64,000 nucleotides of DNA from a virus. Under the pieces are notes generated by a model that had not been told where the DNA came from, searched no databases, and saw only the letters and a list, made by a program, of their open reading frames with translations. Below, piece after piece: positions 19,471 through 25,632 of this stretch (the stretch's first letter is position 1; each line of letters starts with the position of its first letter). Made by a program: the position numbers and the translations under genes. Location: positions 1 to 64,000 of the IMG/VR virus record IMGVR_UViG_3300020472_000016. One strand, written 5' to 3'.

Positions 19471-19526
19471 GACAGTTTGCAAAGTGCACACTACATGCTG
19501 ACAAGGGCATCGAACTCGTGTATATT
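19471..19526 (+). promoter_or_regulatory. Early-promoter cassette copy 3
   Basis: GACAGTTTGCAAAGTGCACAC; CTGACA-17-TATATT; -10 lies 50 nt after motif start. Confidence 0.75.
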
Positions 19527-19530
19527 ATAA

Positions 19531-19630
19531 GAGTGGAAAACAAAACGAGGCATGGGTCTCGACATTGTGGGTAAATTGTCCTACTAAGAGCATCGAGTTT
19601 AATTCGAACCTCTCGTTTTTGTTTTCCCTC
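19531..19630 (+). ncRNA. Candidate ~100-nt structured RNA at transcript start
   Basis: GGAAAACAAAACGAG (19535-19549) pairs with CTCGTTTTTGTTTTCC (19612-19627); no ORF inside. Confidence 0.5.
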
Positions 19631-19656
19631 ACCTAGTCCCTTCTCTTCATTACATT

Positions 19657-19728
19657 ATGACAACTTATGATGCCACCATGTATGAAGAGATACTCAAATA
19701 CCTAAAGGAGTCTCAAAATGGCATTTAA
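19657..19728 (+). CDS. Possible 23-aa peptide
   Basis: Hand-translated MTTYDATMYEEILKYLKESQNGI. Confidence 0.35.
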   Translation: MTTYDATMYEEILKYLKESQNGI

Positions 19729-19816
19729 TGCACAACAAGCACTTGTTGCACGTCTAGTGGCAGCAGAATCAGGTTTCGAACTTCTTTCTATTATCGATGA
19801 GTATCTCAACAACTAA
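19718..19816 (+). CDS. Small hypothetical protein (32 aa)
   Basis: AAGGAG RBS; MAFNAQQALVARLVAAESGFELLSIIDEYLNN. Confidence 0.5.
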   Translation: MAFNAQQALVARLVAAESGFELLSIIDEYLNN

Positions 19817-20006
19817 CACACAGTATGCATGGGGGTCAGGGGACGTAAGTCCCTTTGCCCCTTCTCTTACAACTGAGGAGTACGAAGAGATCATTACATG
19901 CATACATGAAAAGATCAAGAGTGAGTACAAGGACGATGAAACTTGTAGGTTTTATTCTCATCTCTTGGGTAAACTCCTAGTCCTGGCAAATCAAGAGGAA
20001 CAATGA
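19797..20006 (+). CDS. Small early hypothetical protein
   Basis: 69-aa ORF in a chain of overlapping ORFs. Confidence 0.5.
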   Translation: MSISTTNTQYAWGSGDVSPFAPSLTTEEYEEIITCIHEKIKSEYKDDETCRFYSHLLGKLLVLANQEEQ

Positions 20007-20188
20007 ACTACACAGTCAATTTTAATCATGGTGAGTTGTACCGTCTTCTAGAAATCATGGAAGGTGAGTATAACCAACTCAAAGAATCAATTGTTAAGTA
20101 TAAAGATGATGATTTCTTAAGTGATAACATAGAGGATTATATTTCACACGATATCTATCACAAACTCAAGCAATCTTTCACCAAATGA
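20003..20188 (+). CDS. Small early hypothetical protein
   Basis: 61 aa, GAGGA RBS, ATGA overlap. Confidence 0.6.
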   Translation: MNYTVNFNHGELYRLLEIMEGEYNQLKESIVKYKDDDFLSDNIEDYISHDIYHKLKQSFTK

Positions 20189-20409
20189 CTGACATTAACT
20201 GGGAAATCTTCACTAATGAAACTGATGACAAGCAGCACTCAATTGATAATATGGGTGATACTTTGTTAGAGAAACTTGAGGCACATATAAATGTAAACAA
20301 TTTGGAAGAGGCACGAGCAATATTTAATGAGTGGATTGTAGATGGAGACGACCCCGAAGACAATGAGTATGAATTCCTATTTTTGGATGCACTCGTAGAC
20401 ACTCCATAA
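20185..20409 (+). CDS. Small acidic early protein
   Basis: 74 aa, ATGA overlap. Confidence 0.6.
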   Translation: MTDINWEIFTNETDDKQHSIDNMGDTLLEKLEAHINVNNLEEARAIFNEWIVDGDDPEDNEYEFLFLDALVDTP

Positions 20410-20453
20410 ACTGTCCACCATTCACCCCATTAGGTGCCGTTTATGCTTATAAT
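20398..20453 (+). promoter_or_regulatory. Early-promoter cassette copy 4
   Basis: GACACTCCATAAACTGTCCAC, then TATAAT 50 nt after motif start. Confidence 0.75.
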
Positions 20454-20480
20454 GACAGTATGGAAAACAAAACAGATCAA

Positions 20481-20621
20481 ATGACCGTCCTCAACCTCAC
20501 TCAGTCCGAAGCAGCACTTCTCAACAGCATTTTCGCTTCTGTCGCTGATTTGGATCTCACCGAGCATATGGACGATGAAACAGAATTCGACACCCTATGG
20601 GACAAAGTTTGCAAACTTTGA
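20481..20621 (+). CDS. Small acidic early protein (46 aa; alternative start 20460)
   Basis: Hand-translated MTVLNLTQSEAALL...LWDKVCKL. Confidence 0.55.
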   Translation: MTVLNLTQSEAALLNSIFASVADLDLTEHMDDETEFDTLWDKVCKL

Positions 20622-20663
20622 TCCCATTTTTTATTATAAATCACTATCACGGAGTTACTAACA

Positions 20664-20810
20664 ATGAGCACCTTAAATCACGAGACAATTCTAGAAACAA
20701 TCTATGATGAATTCATAGATGAAGCAACACAAACAGGCAACATCTCAATGTATACACAAAAAGAGATTGAGTCCATTGTTTATCAACGTTTCGAGGATCT
20801 TTGCCAATGA
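20664..20810 (+). CDS. Small early protein (48 aa)
   Basis: GGAG RBS; MSTLNHETILETIYDE...RFEDLCQ. Confidence 0.6.
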   Translation: MSTLNHETILETIYDEFIDEATQTGNISMYTQKEIESIVYQRFEDLCQ

Positions 20811-21064
20811 TTAACAATCACAATGAAATCAGTATCATGGCAAGAAAACGTTATGATACAGTCTTATCTTCTCACTTTGGCATGACATTTTGGTTAGATG
20901 ATGATAACGACTTCTGTTATTGTCCTACCTTTAATGATAACAAACCAGATAAAGATAACTGGGGTTATGTATGTGAATGGGATACAATTACATCTACTGA
21001 TTTAGATAAATTGTTCTACATTCATAAAGAATGTGTATTAAACAAAGCATCAATCTGGGCATGA
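20807..21064 (+). CDS. Small early hypothetical protein
   Basis: ATGA-coupled start 20807 within the track ORF 20801..21064. Confidence 0.6.
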   Translation: MINNHNEISIMARKRYDTVLSSHFGMTFWLDDDNDFCYCPTFNDNKPDKDNWGYVCEWDTITSTDLDKLFYIHKECVLNKASIWA

Positions 21065-21408
21065 ATTATTATCAACAAGCAAATCCAAATGCTACTAACT
21101 CAGAGTTAGATAGTAAGGTAATCATTAGGAGAGATTGTTTTAAAGAATGCAAGAGATTAGACATTCCTGGATATCATGAAGAGTTGTTCATTCATGGTGA
21201 CAATGTTACACTTAGTCCTGCATTTACCATCAACTCCGTTGATAACGAGTATCATGTAATGCAACGTCTTAAGTTAACAACAACTAACCAAGAATGCTAT
21301 GTGTATGAAAAGATTTATCATGCAGATACAGTTGCTGATTGTAAAGAATATGTGCTACAATATATACAAGAACCTATTACTTTGGAGATCATAAATGGGG
21401 AAAGATAA
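21061..21408 (+). CDS. Hypothetical early protein
   Basis: ATGA-coupled start 21061 within the track ORF 21031..21408. Confidence 0.6.
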   Translation: MNYYQQANPNATNSELDSKVIIRRDCFKECKRLDIPGYHEELFIHGDNVTLSPAFTINSVDNEYHVMQRLKLTTTNQECYVYEKIYHADTVADCKEYVLQYIQEPITLEIINGER

Positions 21409-21589
21409 AGAGAAACTACGTGCACAAGTTAAGTCACGTTTCTATTACCTATTTTGGGGAATTGCCACGATCTCAGTTGTATCAGGTCAAATACTTGTAG
21501 CATCTGGTTATAACAAATTTGCTAACACATTAGATCGCTTGTTTGATACTATTGAGATACAAATTGATGACCCTATTAATTACTATTAG
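21395..21589 (+). CDS. Small single-TM protein
   Basis: QVKSRFYYLFWGIATISVVSGQI hydrophobic helix; GGAG RBS. Confidence 0.65.
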   Translation: MGKDKEKLRAQVKSRFYYLFWGIATISVVSGQILVASGYNKFANTLDRLFDTIEIQIDDPINYY

Positions 21590-21595
21590 ATCATA

Positions 21596-21733
21596 ATGTA
21601 CAAGAACGTTTGTTTAACTTTGTTAGTTGCAATTAGTGCCACTAACTTATACATGAATACCATAGAACCACGCATCCGTCAATATAAAATAGACACTTTA
21701 CAAAGTGTCCAGTATGCACACCATTTCCCCTAG
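21596..21733 (+). CDS. Small hypothetical protein (45 aa)
   Basis: Hand-translated MYKNVCLTLLVAIS...; overlaps promoter cassette 5. Confidence 0.4.
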   Translation: MYKNVCLTLLVAISATNLYMNTIEPRIRQYKIDTLQSVQYAHHFP

Positions 21734-21747
21734 ATTGTGTGTATAAT
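21692..21747 (+). promoter_or_regulatory. Early-promoter cassette copy 5
   Basis: GACACTTTACAAAGTGTCCAG (7-bp arms GACACTT/AAGTGTC around a 4-nt spacer), then TG-TATAAT 50 nt after motif start. Confidence 0.8.
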
Positions 21748-21778
21748 AAGTATAACAAACAAACACAGACTTTCACCC

Positions 21779-22102
21779 ATGCGTAAGATCGAACAGCAAA
21801 TGAATCGTGCTCTAGTTAGTAAAAAGAACTGGGCAGGATCTAACACCACTGTTTCATACAATGAAAACACAAATTGCTCACAAGTCTTATTACATGGTCA
21901 TCAAATTGCATCATACGATCATAACACTAACGCAATCAAATTAGACTCTTGTGGATATGAAACAGTGACCACAAAGAGCAGACTAAATGCACTTTTAGAT
22001 GAAGTAATGTATGGTGCTAAAGTATTCCAAAGAAATTGGACTTGGTTCGTTAGTTATAACAATCAAACAGAATCTTTCGTTGATGGAATGATACTTATCT
22101 AG
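21779..22102 (+). CDS. Conserved cyanophage early protein (MRKIEQQMN... family)
   Basis: ATG 21779 downstream of the promoter; 'G..T.TTKSRLNAL...VFQ.NW.WFV' motif. Confidence 0.7.
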   Translation: MRKIEQQMNRALVSKKNWAGSNTTVSYNENTNCSQVLLHGHQIASYDHNTNAIKLDSCGYETVTTKSRLNALLDEVMYGAKVFQRNWTWFVSYNNQTESFVDGMILI

Positions 22103-22144
22103 CACAATCTCCCATTACTAAATATCATTAAACCAACACAATCT

Positions 22145-22264
22145 ATGCTAGTTAAAGTATCAACAACTCAACAGACTCGCCCCACTAAGTATCAACAACC
22201 TGTACAACTCCAAAGTGTATACAATCCCCCTAAATCACGTAAATTAAGTATACTTAATGATTAA
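22145..22264 (+). CDS. Possible 39-aa protein
   Basis: Hand-translated; CTAAATA at 22118-22124 upstream. Confidence 0.35.
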   Translation: MLVKVSTTQQTRPTKYQQPVQLQSVYNPPKSRKLSILND

Positions 22265-22292
22265 ACAGTTCTTTACACTTTTCCACAACATT

Positions 22293-22511
22293 ATGTCACT
22301 TGTTATTACACCAATTGAGTACACAATCGCTGCATCAATTAATAACACTTTAGCAGATGAATATCCTGACTTAGATGATAACGCAATTGCTGAATTATCT
22401 AAACAAGTTGCAAACAATTATGACTATTCCGCAATTTACGATGATATCCTATTTCTTGCAGATGAGCATATTAGATATCTAACAACAGATGCAAGTTTGT
22501 ACACTAATTAA
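22293..22511 (+). CDS. Small acidic hypothetical protein
   Basis: Likely start MSLVITPIEY within the track ORF 22257..22511. Confidence 0.55.
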   Translation: MSLVITPIEYTIAASINNTLADEYPDLDDNAIAELSKQVANNYDYSAIYDDILFLADEHIRYLTTDASLYTN

Positions 22512-22644
22512 CAATGAGTTTTCCACAGGTTATTAACACTTTTCCACAGCATTGTGTAGTATTACGGTATTATTTTAAATGTTTAATTTAATATGGTTAA
22601 GTGTTAGATAGATGAGTTAATCTTGCTGACTGTTGTTGTCTAAG

Positions 22645-22673
22645 AGTGTACTCTATTATGTAGGAGTTGTCAA
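22645..22673 (-). promoter_or_regulatory. Leftward sigma70-type promoter TTGACA-17-TACACT
   Basis: + strand AGTGTA 22645-22650 and TGTCAA 22668-22673, 17-nt spacer; no minus-strand gene follows. Confidence 0.65.
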
Positions 22674-22709
22674 CATTTAAGGGACACAACACAAAATGTC
22701 ATATAGGGG

Positions 22710-22738
22710 TTGACTTTTCAGCGAATCCTATATACAAT
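22710..22738 (+). promoter_or_regulatory. Rightward sigma70-type promoter TTGACT-17-TACAAT
   Basis: Near-consensus hexamers with 17-nt spacer, upstream of ATG 22780. Confidence 0.7.
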
Positions 22739-22779
22739 AGGTACAGTTACAAAGTTACACTTAGTAATCGAATTTACCC

Positions 22780-22959
22780 ATGGGTAGGACATACAAACGT
22801 AACGACACGTATAAGTCAAATAGACCGAAATCTATTCGGGAAAAGAGACAACAATCGAGTCGTAATCGTCCACGGTACAATGATACTTTTTCCACAGACT
22901 ATGGGGAAAAGTATAACAAACCCACCAGACAGTTTAATTCACATAGTGATGACAATTAG
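22780..22959 (+). CDS. Small basic protein (59 aa, MGRTYKRND...RPKSIREKR)
   Basis: Hand-translated; first ATG after the promoter at 22710. Confidence 0.6.
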   Translation: MGRTYKRNDTYKSNRPKSIREKRQQSSRNRPRYNDTFSTDYGEKYNKPTRQFNSHSDDN

Positions 22960-23035
22960 TCTGTGCACAGTGTAAGATAGTAGAGATAATATACAGGTCA
23001 ATTCTTTACACTTTCTCTTGCTCTAATTGCCCCTC

Positions 23036-23203
23036 ATGACTAAAACTTTAACTCTCGAAACTTCACCCCCAGTTAGTGTTAAACTGTGGGCAAAGGGTTC
23101 TAAACACTTTTGGGCGTATGATTACCCACAATGTAATAAGAATGGTCCATTCAGTTCTTATCAACAATGTCTGAAAGATTGCCAGGAGTATAGTAACAAA
23201 TGA
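23036..23203 (+). CDS. Small hypothetical protein (55 aa)
   Basis: Hand-translated MTKTLTLETSPPVSVKLW...GPFSSYQQC; ATGA overlap with the next gene. Confidence 0.6.
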   Translation: MTKTLTLETSPPVSVKLWAKGSKHFWAYDYPQCNKNGPFSSYQQCLKDCQEYSNK

Positions 23204-23400
23204 GCACACAATCTATACCCCGTTCGTTATCATTTTTAATGGAAATGTATGACCTTGGTTCTCTACCAGCAGACGAACAGATAGTATTAGCGCAGGGACT
23301 AATTGACTGTGGTCTCGATGATACTTTACATGGCAAATATCAGCAACTATGTGATTACTTTGTTGCAGAGGGTTTGTGTTACTATGTCCCTGACGATTAG
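23200..23400 (+). CDS. Small hypothetical protein
   Basis: 66-aa coupled ORF. Confidence 0.6.
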   Translation: MSTQSIPRSLSFLMEMYDLGSLPADEQIVLAQGLIDCGLDDTLHGKYQQLCDYFVAEGLCYYVPDD

Positions 23401-23563
23401 GGACAGTAAATGATATCGACAGTTGGTTAATCATCATCGTTGCTTGTTACATAGGGCGTTATTAAAAAAGTACCTAACGCTAAGCTATAAACGTATCCCA
23501 GAGCGGTTGTTATATTTAAAAGCATTTTAAAAAATTTTACAATATAAAAAAAGGTCACAGAGG

Positions 23564-23722
23564 TTGGACGAGCAAAAAAGAAAATCAGATAGGAAAGCTG
23601 CTAAGAAAATTATTAAACAAGCGAAAGAGCATCCTGGATATTATACCAAAGAGGATGTGAGGTATGCTAAACTTATTAAACGCCGCACGAAGAAGCGCAA
23701 AACTGAGAATGATAAGACATGA
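23564..23722 (+). CDS. Small basic protein (52 aa, TTG start)
   Basis: Hand-translated ...KAAKKIIKQAKEHPGYYTKEDVRYAKLIK... Confidence 0.55.
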   Translation: MDEQKRKSDRKAAKKIIKQAKEHPGYYTKEDVRYAKLIKRRTKKRKTENDKT

Positions 23723-23775
23723 ACTCTCATATGTTGCGATAACCACGTACGCACTCCTAAAAATACTACTACATC

Positions 23776-24264
23776 ATGGCAAGAAAACGTTACGACGAAG
23801 TTTACGAGGTATGGAAGGATTACATAGGCATACCGTGGTGGAGAGAAAAGAAAGCAATCGGAGGGTGTTATGACATCATCCTGAAGTTCTATAAGGAACA
23901 GTTCGGGATGGAGTTGTTTGACTACCCATCAGAGAAGAAGTATCTTTTTAAACCTGAGTACATCGAAGCAGAATCACAACGTCAGGGAGGGAGCATAGTT
24001 GTCTACACTGGTAGAAACGATGAGTCCTTCGATATGAATATAATGCAGTTCGGTGATGTAATGATCATGCATCTGTTTATCGACCCACTGGCGGGGGGTT
24101 ACAGGGTCGATGGTAAGCGTTTGTGCAACCATATCGGTATATACCTAGGAGATGGATGGATGTTACACCACCCTTACCAGTGCGAATCTGATATTGTCGA
24201 TCTACATGACAACAACTGTTCGTGGTATTGCACTAACACAGAGTTGGTTCTGAGAAAAAAGTAA
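23776..24264 (+). CDS. NlpC/P60 (C40) family peptidase
   Basis: YIGIPW....GCY..I..FY, GDV, NHIGIYLGDG.MLHH: Cys/His/His catalytic pattern. Confidence 0.8.
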   Translation: MARKRYDEVYEVWKDYIGIPWWREKKAIGGCYDIILKFYKEQFGMELFDYPSEKKYLFKPEYIEAESQRQGGSIVVYTGRNDESFDMNIMQFGDVMIMHLFIDPLAGGYRVDGKRLCNHIGIYLGDGWMLHHPYQCESDIVDLHDNNCSWYCTNTELVLRKK

Positions 24265-24298
24265 ACACTATATAAAGTGTTATTGAGAAATAATTCCT

Positions 24299-24484
24299 AT
24301 GTCAAATCGCTATACCTTCCAGATAGATTCTGATGAACATGGGGAGCTCTTTATTACATTTCCTGATGATCTGATGGATGATCTAGGTTGGAAGTTCGGT
24401 GATGTGTTAGAATATGAGGATGAGACCGACGGTAGTCTAATTATTAAGAAGTCGGAAGACTCTCCTAAGTTAGAAGACCTTTAA
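24299..24484 (+). CDS. AbrB/MazE-like swapped-hairpin protein
   Basis: GELFITFPDDLMDDLGWKFGDVLE.....GSLIIKK. Confidence 0.7.
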   Translation: MSNRYTFQIDSDEHGELFITFPDDLMDDLGWKFGDVLEYEDETDGSLIIKKSEDSPKLEDL

Positions 24485-24507
24485 AAAAATACCCCCGAAA
24501 AACCACC

Positions 24508-25218
24508 GTGGACTTGATATGTATTCAGTGTGCTGCTATGGCAGCAAGATTCGATATGCAAGGGGAAAATGTCATAGAGACTTGCCCAGGTCGCCAACCC
24601 ACCAACAACGAGAAATTGTATAGATGGTCGAGTTGGCAACCTAAAACACCTTTCGCTCCTACGTGGGATTGTCCCATGTATATGGATACGGTAGATAGTG
24701 CGTTGTGTAATACTATCCTTACGGGCTTAACGAAAATAGAAGAAAAGATTGGTCATTGGACTACCTATAACTTTTTCTTAACTGATGATCCTATAGCACT
24801 TCAGTTAAAAGAACGTATAAAGGAGTCCCTATATGAGTTTGGAGACGAATTAAAAATAACCTTTTCCGACCAACTGTGGATCAGAGGTTGGATGCATTGT
24901 ACGAAGATAGGAGAGAAACTACCTATACATTCACATTCGATGCATGAGAATACATTCTTATCTGGTAACCTCCTGCTTCATAATAGTAATATACAGACAG
25001 AATACATAATCCCACACTATAGTACGTACTGTGGGAACTTTAAACCTGAGGCAAAATGTGGTAAGATGTTATGGTTCCCTTCATGGGTAGAACACTATGT
25101 ACCTGAATGCAATGAGAATAGATATTCTATAGCATGGGATATTTACACCAATGAAGCAATGGAGTACATGGCAGAGAACCATCCTGAAGACTCAATGAGT
25201 TTAAGTTGTTTATTATGA
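24508..25218 (+). CDS. Fe(II)/2OG oxygenase, TIGR02466-like (start uncertain)
   Basis: GWMH...IHSH...LSGN, WFPSWVEHYV, RYSIAWD. Confidence 0.75.
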   Translation: MDLICIQCAAMAARFDMQGENVIETCPGRQPTNNEKLYRWSSWQPKTPFAPTWDCPMYMDTVDSALCNTILTGLTKIEEKIGHWTTYNFFLTDDPIALQLKERIKESLYEFGDELKITFSDQLWIRGWMHCTKIGEKLPIHSHSMHENTFLSGNLLLHNSNIQTEYIIPHYSTYCGNFKPEAKCGKMLWFPSWVEHYVPECNENRYSIAWDIYTNEAMEYMAENHPEDSMSLSCLL

Positions 25219-25391
25219 ATGAGCAAATGAAAAAAGAGATTCCCGATTGGGAGAAAGAATATCTCACCATGAATAAGAACCTCACTGAACGGCAGAAAGA
25301 GATTCTTAAAGGTGCTGAGATCAAATCTCATGAGGGCATGCTATTTGGTGGCATGTATTCTGATTGGAAGAGGCAAAAAGGTTATGAGTGA
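25215..25391 (+). CDS. Small hypothetical protein
   Basis: ATGA-coupled start in the track ORF 25206..25391. Confidence 0.6.
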   Translation: MNEQMKKEIPDWEKEYLTMNKNLTERQKEILKGAEIKSHEGMLFGGMYSDWKRQKGYE

Positions 25392-25632
25392 AAAATCATT
25401 TGAGGATATCTATGCTGAACACATGGAGATGATCAGCAAGGCAATAGAGAACCTAGCAGAGCGTCAGAAGGGTATAGAAGAAGCGTTTGGGCATATACCT
25501 AAACCTGGTGCTGATATGATTAAGTACAAACCACCTGAGTATGAGGATTATCTTAATCTCACGCAAATCTTTGACGATCTGTATACTAGACTAAATATGT
25601 TGGAGGGTCGTATTAAAGAATTAGAGAAGTAA
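25384..25632 (+). CDS. Small coiled-coil protein
   Basis: Likely start MSEKSF; coupled to 25632 by TAATG. Confidence 0.6.
   Translation: MSEKSFEDIYAEHMEMISKAIENLAERQKGIEEAFGHIPKPGADMIKYKPPEYEDYLNLTQIFDDLYTRLNMLEGRIKELEK

Larger units (their letters stand above)
22279..22910. repeat. Cluster of TTTTCCACA (DnaA-box-consensus) 9-mers
   Basis: Exact copies at 22279, 22519, 22540, 22888; one-mismatch inverted copy TGGGGAAAA at 22902. Confidence 0.7.

Noticed and set aside
15103-19630. tRNA or known riboswitch identity for the two structured elements
   Set aside because: No T-loop/cloverleaf and no recognisable glnA or other riboswitch consensus by eye; left as unassigned candidates.
14681-21747. 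CRISPR-like or mini-array interpretation of the 21-nt repeats
   Set aside because: Dispersed, degenerate, irregularly spaced and each tied to a -10 box; no cas genes.
22667-22975. 102-aa track ORF
   Set aside because: Starts inside the divergent promoters; the 59-aa frame 22780..22959 fits the promoter better.
23084-23130. Further DnaA-box-like words (TGTGGGCAA, TTACCCACA)
   Set aside because: Mismatched and inside a plausible CDS; likely chance.
23664-23873. 69-aa track ORF
   Set aside because: Overlaps two better ORFs (23564..23722 and the NlpC/P60 gene).
7618-25218. Fe/2OG halogenases among the oxygenases
   Set aside because: All show HxH or HxD ligands rather than the HxA/HxG of Fe/2OG halogenases.
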